Shown here in pieces: positions 21,467 to 33,400 of a DNA stretch of 64,000 nt (its first letter is position 1; the number at the start of each line of letters is the position of its first letter). The notes under the pieces are model-generated. The model had not been told where the DNA came from. It was given only the letters and a program-made list of their open reading frames with translations, and did no database searches. The stretch is from Botryllus schlosseri (Eukaryota), in contig CM119386.1 in NCBI GenBank assembly GCA_051294905.1, positions 5,456,001-5,520,000 of the forward strand, in the 5' to 3' direction. Made by a program: the position numbers and the translations under genes.

Positions 21467-24400
21467 GTACAGCTTATTATTGGTTATACCAATTCAGAAA
21501 TGTGTGAATATATAATAGACCGCTAGTGGTAGGATAGTATGTGTAGCAATTTTTATATGTTTCTTCAGGTTTGACATATATCTACTGCCTTATTTTAATA
21601 TTCTCAAGATTTAAACTCATGTTTTATGAACAGACTTTCGCCAATAGAAACTGGAGAGCTCCATTCAGACAGTGAAGATGATTTATACGGTAAGAACTAG
21701 GCAAATATAATAAATGGATTGATTTATTCCTGTGTATAGCCAACACAATGGTAACCTGATAACACTTGCACAATGCACAAGGTTTGCGATATTCTCTCAA
21801 CATTGGCTATATAAACGTGCCTACCTCTCGTTTGAGAGACTCCTTTAACGCTAACCTGAAACTTTCGTATTCAAAATATTTCAGTATTGCGGGTATCTGT
21901 GGATTGAGACTTCATGTACAGTAGGATATCAGGACGCAAGTTCAGTACGTACTGTTTCTGCTCAACCTATATTATTAGTTAACTACCTTGTACACCAGGG
22001 GTTCTAAAGTGTGGGTCGCGACCCATGTTTGGGTCCAAATTTTGGTCGCGACCTCATCAGACCAATCGTTTACTATGTCTGTAATATTTGCCGAATTTCT
22101 TGCAACAGATAAATTTCTTTACGCTTCGCGCGATCTCCTATAGGTATTTTGTATGTGTCAACTAAATAGTGTTGGGCACTACAGCCAATAGGCGACAGGC
22201 GCAGAAAGTGGTTACGGCATGCATGGAGATGATTCCATTAATAGTACCGGTATCTATAATAATGTTCCCAAAATTTTGAAGACACCTCGCAACCTGTACA
22301 TCAGATCCACAGGCATACCCGATCACATGGACTGAGAGCGGAAAAGAAAATGACATACTTTATTTTTGTCCTTGATGTTTTTGCGGCATATATACCGACT
22401 CATGATACACATACACACGTTCTGCGCATATGCATACCATGAGTGCATGATGTGCATATGGGGGAAGGTGCAGATACAGCCTTGAATGGCTTTCTAAGTC
22501 TTGCAGCACCTCTCCATGCTATCCCAGTAATGCATGAGCGCCAAGCGGGGAAGTCATGGATACCAGTTTTACTAATCAGGTCTTTGGTCTGACCCGGCCG
22601 GGGATCGAACCCACGACCTATCGATCAAGAAGCTGGACGCTTCACCATTACGCTATCTTGTCGGTAGGACTAACAATAATAATTGAAGCTATATCTATAA
22701 GCATATGTTTTTGACAAACTTCGTTCATGGTCAAAAATTCGCGTTTCGCCATTCTAAGCCTCTACTTGCAATTTTGCGCGTAGTAACCCAACAGAAACAA
22801 ATGGATATGTCTTTCGTTCGTAGTTCGGCATATCTTTTCCGGCGCGTTTGTGAATCTCGTGATACCGTACTTAGTTGTGTGTGGTGTACAATAAGGTTGT
22901 CTGCATCTTCTCTATTTTGTACATGCCCGCAAAAACGTAGCATTCATTTTAATGGATGAGGTTTGGGTCGCGCGATGTCATAAAAACTCTTGGGACACGC
23001 GCTAATAAGTTTAAGAGCCACTGTTGTACACTGTAAAAGGTAGTTAACCAATACTTTAGGTTGAGCAGAAACAGTACTTAATTTGTGTCCTGATATGTCC
23101 AATGAAAACTTTGTGTGATTTGGTAATCCCACAGTCAATAGGAGGCATTAAAGGGGCACTGCACTCTAAAAATGAAGTGGTCTCAAATTGAAGGGCAAAA
23201 CGAAAGAAAATTTTGGCCGGAGCCGTTTTATTCAGAACGCCACCGTAATGGAGCTGTAATGTATTGGAATTTCCACAGTTGCATCACGCTCCAGCAGTCA
23301 CGCAGAGATCGAACTTTATATAGTTGTCAGCCGATGTAATGAAGGAAATATGTCGTACACGCCAAGGTGGTTTAGATACCGCGTTCAACGGAAAATGACC
23401 AGTCAGGAGATTTATGTCAAAATCGGGCCTAGTGTATTCTATTTCCTTCATAACATCGGCTGACAACTATATAAAGTTCGATCGATGCAACTGTGGAAAT
23501 TTCAATACATTGCAGCTCCATTACGGTGGCGTTGTGAAGAAAACGGCTGCGGCCAAAATTTTTCTTTCGTTTTGCCCTTCAATTTGAGACCGCATCACTT
23601 TTAGAGTGCAGTGCCCCTTTAATCATGTTGAACGGATTGCTTTACTAACACGGTAAATGTTATGTCACCAGATGAAAGCATAGTATTGACGATCAGTAAT
23701 AACTGTTGTTTTAAGAGGCAAACTACTAGACACATAGGCATAGTATGTTACCAACTCTCGTATCTATTCCAGGACTTCCGACATTAAAAATTTTGAATAT
23801 GATCGACGATTATGGGGACAGTCCGAGTGAGGCAAAATTATCGGAATCACTTAAAATCGACCGATCATTGAGAGGCATGATGGGAAAATCGTCGCAGGCC
23901 ATGGGAGGCTCACTACCAGCAGTTCCAAAACTTGCCCTCAAGTCATATGCGAGGTAATAGTTTGTCATTGCAGCCAATAACATAATCTTACTCGAGTGTT
24001 GGACATTGCCTGATAGGTGGTCATTGGTCAACAATGAAGGATTCTACTTTTCAGAGTACTTGAAAGTTTTGATTACTTGCACTACTTACTCAAGTTGTTA
24101 TGTTTTTAGAATACTTCCACTTCTACTCAACAAATTTTTTAGGCATTACTACTTACCTTTTGAACATTGAATTTTGTAATGTATGGAGCATATTTGGGAT
24201 TTGCTTGCTTCCATTTTATGGGTGTAATTGTCATAACAACGCGGTGAATGAGCCCCTTTATCACAGTAACTGAATCTATATTCTAAAATTGCATCTATTT
24301 TAGGCTTACCATATTTTGGAAATCCAAAAAGAGGACACTTTTTCAGAAATATACCACTTGCAAAACCGGAGTGAAATTCTCAAACATCGGTTAATTTTTC

Positions 24401-27400
24401 CCACTCTGTGATCGGTTGACTAAAAAAAAAAAAAAAAAAAAAAAAGGTCATCTTTTCCGCTCAGATCTCAAATTAACGTTATTTACTCCTCATCGCTAGG
24501 TGGTTGACTAAAAAAAAAAAAAAAAAAAAAAAAAATGTCATCTTTTCGCTCAGAGCTAAAATCACCGTTTTTCACCCGCCGGAGCTTCATTTCTGTGCTA
24601 TTATGTGGCATATCACTCGCAATTTGCTCTAAATATGCTCTAAATCCTAAAAAAGAGGACAAAATCTCAAAAAAGAGGACAAAAGGGCGTCCTCCGAGGA
24701 CACTTTCAAAAAAGTCAAAAAAGAGGACAAATCCTCTTAAAAGAGGACGTATGGTAAGCCTAATCTATTTGTAGTGTCATTAGTCATTTAATGTTAGTCT
24801 AGCTAAAAGTATGTGACATATTGACCAAATCTACTATAACCTAGTACCAATGTTGTGATGTTATACTTGTGTATTCTGACCCCAGAAGGTTACTTCTTAC
24901 TATTTTCTGCAAACGGCTTGTTTACTGACGTAGCACAGATTCTGTCTCAGATCACACAGACAACTTTGTTTTGTTCTCGTCTCCACGACTTGTAATTTTA
25001 TTGAGCCAATTGTACCAATGATATACGAATCGTTTCCAAAATGTTATGCTGAATAATATGTATTATACACTGTATCGCACACATACATATATATATATAT
25101 ATCGCATAAATCAGGGGTGGCCAACCTTTTTGCCATTGACGGCCGCATTTTGAGTACTGATGTAGCCTAGGGCCGCATTCCAGGGCATAGTCGTAATGAA
25201 CTAGTTGGACCCCAAATATATACCCATGTTAAAGAGTCTGTGGCCATTCCCTGTGAACTCCGGACTACGTTATTTAACCATATAGGCTTACTATACGCAC
25301 CAAAGTCGCGAGTGATGACTGCGTGGTCACTGGTCAATGGTCATGCTACGAAACTGCTCATAGTCGCGCTACGCGCGAAAATTTTTTCAGTTTCACCAAT
25401 GAATTTTGTCATTAATATTAGTCGTTTATATATTACTATCAAACATTTATCCTTTCTTATCCCATGCGATCAGATTCACTGGTGAAGTTGACGGAGGGGG
25501 TGTTTTCTAAAATTTCGGGCAAGTTGTAAATGATGATGCGTCTTCGGTGGGCCAATTGTTATTAGTCACTTTGTTGCATGCCGTTATTTCTTGACCTCCC
25601 ATCAGGATTGTCGGTATAGTGAGGATTGCGAGTTTGTATTTCAATATGGGGCGAATCTGTACTGTGGGTGCTGATTGGAAATGGCGCTACTATATAATAA
25701 AATCCCAAAATGAAGTTTCATTGAATTTCAAGATCAGTTAAAATCTCTCAAGGAATCGGGAGTCAATTCGTAAAGTTAAAATTGCATATCGACGGCCGTC
25801 AACACATACTAATTAAATTATGTGTCCACGAACGCACAAATTTCCTTCTACGGCCGCAGGTTGGCCACACCTTGCATAAATACAAGGTCGTACACGATGT
25901 ATCTTATATGTATTCCGCTTGTAGGTTACTTGTAATGGAAATTTACAGCATTACAACCACTTTGAGTAGCAACACAGACCATGTTAACCACCTCATTGCA
26001 AGCAAGTTTTTATTGTGTTATCATATCATTAATTCATCTTCAGCATGTCCGTCGATGATGTTACGGCACCAGCTAACACTCCATTACATAGCTATCACGA
26101 CTTCGAAGGGACAGGCAGTTCTACCACCAGCACAAGCCGGAGAAGGACCAAAGTACAAAAATCAAAAGTTTCAGATTCTAAAAAAATAGAATCCACTCCG
26201 CCTAAGTACGGTAAAGTACTGCTCCAAATTGGAGACAATAACGCAAAACGTCGGCCACCAAAGAAGATGTTGGTGTGGTGTCCTTCCTTGAAATCCAAAA
26301 GGTAATATCTATGTCACGGTAGCTGGTTAGTGATGATGCTCAGTGTTAGAATCGACCGTTTCAGAGAGCAGGTTTTGGAAAGTATTCGGTAAGAATTTTT
26401 TGTAGCTTTGTAGTGTCGTGTAGCTTGTGATTTCGTATCTAACCTGTAGATTTTTCGATTGTGTTTGTTTGTATTTTTAGATGCTGCAAGGTAAGTTGAA
26501 TACTGGAATTTGGTAATCAAATGCTGCTAATATGCAATCTGTATATCTAACGATCGTCGTTTTTGCTGAAAGAAGTCAGTTTAGGAAACATAATCTTTTA
26601 GAATACCAACTATCAAACGCAGCATGATTCATTTCAAATACTGCAACTGATTCCAAAAAAAATTTCCATTTCTTTCTTCTTCCATTTCCGTTTGACAAAA
26701 TATCCTGTTTTGAAACGTTAGGTGCCGCAGCTAAACGGTGACACTTCATTATGTGTGTTAATAATTGCATGTGATGTCGTAGAATGCACTCCAAAGGTTT
26801 CCAATGTGACATAGGATAAGTAGGCCTGCCATAATGGACCGTAACAGACCTGGAATGGTTTGGAGAATTTTCCACTCGGAATTATTTGTTGCAAAGGACC
26901 GCATCTGTGAACTTTGTATGAAGTCATCTATGCGTTATACCATCAAATAAAAGATCTGCGCTGTGGTATCATCAGACAGTATAACGATAAATTTCAGATT
27001 ATTCACTTTTCTGACAATGGTTTGCTGTTGCTGCACTTGGTTCAACTCAGGACTCATATGTATAGACTTCAAAATTAAGTAAAGTGTGTATAAGAATTTA
27101 GCTTATGCATATGTCATAACCTGTAAAATCCCCACAATCATTATCCACACTGATTTGTCTACAATTTTGTGTTTGCAATACCTCAGTGATATTAAATATT
27201 AAAATAGCTTCATGTTAACTTCTTGGGTTCCGTTTATTCAAACAATTCACAAACACATTTCCCTGTTTTCGTAAGAAGGAAACAGTCATCGATGAAACAT
27301 GTCAATTTGCCTCTGCATTCTGTTCCCGAGTACAACCTCACCTTCGCGTCGCACAAGGCTATCAAGGGCATGGTTTGTAAGAAGAATCGTACCGCGAACA

Positions 27401-30400
27401 ATTCAAAAGTGCGGGGAACGAAAGAAATGTCGCAGTCCAGTCAGGCATCGAGGATCACCCCACAGGAGGTGGAGTTGTTGAGAAGAGTTCCACTAGGTCA
27501 GAAAAAACGAAATTTCTTTTGACTCAATATATTAAAAACGATTACTGGTACAAACACTCTGTTTCTGATGTCTGAATCATTTGTTGATGAAATTATACCT
27601 TTGTCATCACTGCTGCACTCTTTATCATTGTTTTCACTGAAAAGTTTTTATCATTGAAACTATTGATGCTAATTGTGTAGGCCTACGTTCTGTTCATTTT
27701 GTCTGTTTACTCATAGCGAATTGATATCCCTTTCTTTCCACGAATGGCATAGGGGATGTCGCATTCACCTTAATAATAATAATCAAATTTTTCAGATGTC
27801 CTGATAAGAGTTCTCAATCAAGCGGAAGAAAATAAGTTAATCACAAAAGAGCAAAGCAGGATCTTGCTGGCACGGGTAACAAAGATCATATCTTTGTATA
27901 AATGTCCTAGATAATCCTAAAATGACAATACCGAACGGTGCATAAAGGTTATGACTTCATCAAGCCACAAAGTAGAATTCAAACTAGTGCTTCGGAATAA
28001 TTACAAATTCCAGAGTTCTGTTTATTTCTTAGTCAATTTATACTACAAATACAAGATTACTAAACCGTATAAATACATAATTGAATAGTATATTCAAAAT
28101 GGATATAATAGTCAATTGTATATTGAAGTTCTGTACCTCCAAGATTCTCTTCAAATATATACATAAAAATAAAATTCACTGAGTACTAGGTGAATGATAT
28201 TGACATCATATTCCCATACTAATGCTACCAACACCATGGAATACATAAACCTACCCTTGAAACAAAACCCCCTGAAATTTAACGCCTTGATGAAATCAGA
28301 TGTGCACCAGACCGTATTTTGAGTCTACCAAGTAGTCTGTGTGATTTCAAGATCGGAAAGAAAGACCAACTTCCACCCATCGGCGAAAAGAGCGCGGCAG
28401 AAATACTTTCGAAAGTCACCAAGCAACAAATGGAAAATGAAAACAAGGAAGAGAAAGCGACCGCGAAACCGAATCCGGTGAAGGTATGTGACCCGGCCAG
28501 GGTATTCCAACAAACTAATTCGCTCTCACATACTGGTTACGGAGTAGGCATAGATTATGACTACAAGGGGAGTTAAAGCAGTTGATAATCCATCACCATG
28601 GACACGAGATACTGCTGTATAACTACAAAATTCTCAGCTTCTACAAATTAGATTGGAATTAGAATTACTGAATTCGTGGACACTAGGAAATTTCAAAGTT
28701 CGTTTTCATAAGCATGAGAATAGCAGATGTCTGTACACCACGCACTATACATTTCGTATGTAGCATTTTCAGGGAAATCAGGAATTTGATTAGAATTGAA
28801 ATTTGAGCATGGAAACATTTCACGAACTAGATTAGAATTAGATTACCAGAATTACGCTCTAATTACTCTAATTAGACTACTACAATTATTTAGTTGTCAG
28901 ATCTGGTAGTTCAAGTCTCGGCTGTGGCGCGTTTCAAAGTGTCAGATGTTTATCAGCGCTCCACTGCTGTACTGTGTCTATACCTGATGCAGGACGATTA
29001 CAGGGAAGAAAATGGCAAGATATCTAACTGATGAAGATTGAACACCGTGACATTGGTCAATAATATTATTAATACCAGTATGTTAAGGTGGATTGATAGA
29101 CTGTACTAAATTGTTTCGGCATCGTCTTATATGTTGATTGTATCGCATTCAGGGTTGTAACCAAGTCGCAAGGTTCCGAGTCTCAAGTCAATGTGACTTT
29201 TATAGTTTTGACTCGAATCAAGTCAAGTCATTTTCAATTCACCGCCGAGTCAGGTCCGAGTCCAAATCACGCAGAAACGGGTCGAGTCTGAGTCATAGGA
29301 TCAAGATTCGAGTCCGAGTCTAAATCATAGTGTTTACTGTTCAATATCGAGTTCAAGTTAGGCTCATCTCACTTCTGAGAAACTCTTGGGTGATATCAAA
29401 GGCCTTGGATTCGTAATATACTCATTTTCTCAATCTAACCATGTTTATTCAAACATATAAAAGCCAGTTTCTGGGCCTCCTTTTCAATTTATTGGTCTTG
29501 ATATACGAGATTTGAATAAATCATATAAAATGTGCCGAGTCGTACGACTTCTTCGTGTCATGCGCAGTGACTCGAGTACAATTCAAGTCAATACACAAAT
29601 TGACTCAAGTAAAATCAACTCAACGAAAAATTGAGACTCGAGTCGAGTCATGACTCAATTCATTACCACACTGATTGCATTGCGCATCGTTCGTTTTGAG
29701 CAGATGAAAATAATAGAACCGCCGATTATAAATACGAATTGTATAATACTACGAGTCCTCACTTGAGCTGTGTAGGTTTGGTATTACTTTGCATTGACAC
29801 AAATTTGTTACCAACTTTCATCGCTTCACCTAAGTTGAATTTACATTACAGATTTTGGACCTAGAGTATTCTCAAAGCAACGGCGAAAGGATAGTGTCCG
29901 CGGGTCCCGGTATTCGCGTTGATGCCACGGCCACCGTAAAAGCGTCCGAATTGATGCCGAGCAGGTCGATTATGTGATTAAATTTATCTGTAGCATTGAA
30001 ATTCCTTAATGTCTTAACGTTACTATACAGAACTGCCCCTCCGTCAACACGGGCTCTAGCCGAAGATTCCCAGTACGATAAAAAGCTGAGGAGTATGGCG
30101 GACGAAAACTTGAAAAATATACGATCGTTGATAGATGAAAGTGAGTGGTCATGCGCAGGGGTGGTCAGTAACAAGTACTTATACTTCTTCAAAATTGATT
30201 TTGCCTGCCTGCATTACTTGCTCAAGTGGGTATGTTTTTAAGCCATTCCCGCTTGTACTCAACATCTTACATGACAAAATTATTCCTTACCCTTTGAATT
30301 CATAAAGTAGGAAATGATTTTGGCGTATGTGTGAGATGGACATAACAGTGGGCGAAATAGTCCCTGCATCGCAGTAAGTTACGAGGCTAAGATACATCTA

Positions 30401-33400
30401 GACCGCTAAAAGTATACGACCCCTCAACCAAATCTATATTTTGAAACTCACTTGAGTAATTTCAGACATTCATTTTCTACTTCGACTTAAAGGTAGATTT
30501 GACATGCTTTGTATATCGCCACTTGTACGTGGATAGAATTTGTAATGTTATTTCCACTTGACTACCAACTCTGAGTACTTTGTCCACCTCTGGTTATACT
30601 TCTGCTTTGTATCTGGATATCACTGTTGGAATCTCTTTTATTTTTACCCGATCTGGTGACATACGGGCTCTTATCTCTTCTAATCTCCGTTATCCGCTTG
30701 TTTTCAAGGGTCACGTCGAAAGCGAACGCCTGTCAAATACATCGCGACTTTGTTCGATGAAGATGTGTCCACGGTCAAGCCGTTTCACTACAAGCAAAGT
30801 ACAAGGGATCTATTTTTAGGTGAAATTATTGCATTTTAATCATCACGAATTCGCCGGTACTCACTCTGCTGCTAATCACAATTACTTGCAAAAGCTATTT
30901 GTATCAGATTCTATTATCAAAAATATGGTTTTGCGTTCTGCCGCTTGATAGATGACCTATTAACGGATTCTTCATAATTATATTCACGTATGACTGGACT
31001 GCCTGGTTCAGTCAACAGTAGGATCCCAATTGATAATGTGGATCCCGCTACTGAAAAAGAGAATGACTAAAAAAAGTGTGATCGTGACTAGTTATCCTTG
31101 GCAGTCTACTAATACACTAAAAACGCCAATCTGATAAATTCATTGTGCATATGTTACTATCTAAAAAACTTTGATTGAGAATTTGTTTGCAATGAATCAC
31201 ATTACCAGGTCCAATACCGTCACCGCCGCCACCGTCACCGCCAACGGAACGCGATTCCTTATACGATCCGCAATTGGGAGGGTCTACGGTTCTTGTCAAC
31301 CCATCGGTGAACGAGCCATCGACGATAACTTCGATCGGTGATAGGAAATTATCTGCTCGGCAATTAAAGACTCCGCTATCGATAACGGAAGATGAGGATG
31401 ACGCCAGGTATTGAATTGGCATACTCGAAAACTCCAATCGAAGGTTTATGCTCAATTTGTTGTTAAATCTCGATGTTGCACAGCCCTAATTCCCGTGTAT
31501 GGTACATTTCCAAAAGACTATGCCTCATTTTTGTTACATATCACCATTCATGATGCACTTTTGTATATCACAAGTACATGTACTCACGATCCGTCCGATT
31601 TTGTTCTGAAGACATGCCAAAATGACGCAAACAAGCGGATCACAGATCCATGACATTCCGGTCGTATCCCCGTACGATTCCAGCGTTGGAGATGGCTGGC
31701 CTCAGGTAATTTTAAAATTTGTGTTAGATCGAGTTTACCTAATTTGTGGTGCATTGATATTGTCCACCTGATGAATACCTAGCCATGCGTTATCATGAAT
31801 TTTTATAGTCTCATGGTATTTTGACATAAATTGTATAATACCTATCGTCGAACTCAACTGTGATATTTGAGGCTATTGGAAGCTGAGAAAGTGTTTGTAA
31901 TATTATAGAATGTAAACGTTTACATTCTATAGTAATATCAACTGTGCTAAGACGGTCACATGCTTTCAAAGTGTATCGCCGTGCTTATAATTGATAAAAT
32001 ACTTGTGATTAAAATAGGTGACCCTCCAATCAGGCTATGTTACGCCTTTGAAAAGACTACATCTACGCTGCTGGAAGCAATGTGACTGCAAATCTCTTTT
32101 GTCAATTATGATCCAGGCTAATTTCATTGTATATAATTTATAAATTACTTGAATGACTAAAGTCCCATTGCAAATTTTGATTTTTCCTCATAGTAGAATT
32201 TCACCACGAGATTTGATCTATTGCTGCGTAGTCGGTCATTTTACATTCTAGGGAATGACTTGAAATTCCCTACCGATACATTGCCACCATGGTATCCTGA
32301 ACATTTCGTTGTTATTGATAAAAACAACCCATCGAGAATTACGTATTCACTGGCATCAAGGTTAACGAAGGGGAGTTCCTGGAACCTGTAGTTTCATCCG
32401 ACTACATGAGCTCACCCATCACCTCTTTCATGGAAAATGATATCAGGACCTTGTCAAGAAACGAGTCTGCGGAAGAAAGCAACACAGGGGAAGAGGTAAA
32501 ATGTTGCAATGTCCAAGTCATAAACTAAGTGGGCTGAAAAACAATAGCCTACAGACGCTTCTCATATGCATATTTAGTAAGTAGCCTAGCAAATATCAGA
32601 CACAAATGCTCATATTCAACCCTAATGACGTCGCATCAAGGATACATATGAAAGAAGTTATGGTACTTCAAAATCAATAGAGCAATATATGCTATTTTAA
32701 ACATAATACTTGCTAGACGATGAAGTACTGAAAGTGGGGCTTGCTCTAGCCTACCCGATTGAATCTCTGATAAGGGGTCGACTTTAAATAGTCTCTCAAA
32801 ACCCATCTTGGCCTACAGATTTTAATAAAAGAATATGCCAACAAGAGCTATGCGCAGTTGTGTACATAATGGAAAGTAACAGGAGATAACCAGAGGTGGT
32901 CAAAGTAGTCACCGCTGCTACTCAAGCAAAGTAGAATTAGAGATCTCACAATAGTCATATTTTTCAAACGGTTCTGTTACAATAAGTCATTGACTGCAAC
33001 TTATAATACAACCCCGTTAGATCAGAGGTCTCAAACTCAAATGTGCTTGAGGGCCAATTTCCTTCTTTTTGATGACGCCGCGGGCCGCAGCATCGATAAT
33101 AGGGATATTCAATGTATGATTTCTAAGTATGCGGGACGGGATCTTGTAGACAGGCATTCCACAAACATCGTGGAAATGAAATTCACTATTGTACTATTCA
33201 CGCTTGATACGGAAAAAATCACATTTTCTAATATTTGATTGAACTTGTTTTTGTGCCGGGCATAATTTGTTAAAATAATGAGTTATAGACATCATGCGAA
33301 GCGATTGATCATGACATCGTAAAACTGTCAGGTTATAATATTGCAGCTATTAAGAAGAACTCCTGTAACAGAAATGTTCAATCGCAAAAGAATGCATTGG

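Noticed and set aside
24535-24774. Lys/Arg-rich 79-aa ORF
   Set aside because: It is a translation of AAAAGAGGACA arrays in a MITE.
26314-26927. Minus-strand ORFs as a nested gene or retroelement
   Set aside because: No recognisable domain, no consistent frame and no convincing splice sites.
32252-32360. Extra exon GNDLKFPTDTLPPWYPEH in the DUF4647-like gene
   Set aside because: It needs a phase-1 donor, but the upstream exon ends in phase 0, which gives an immediate stop. Kept only as a possible alternative.
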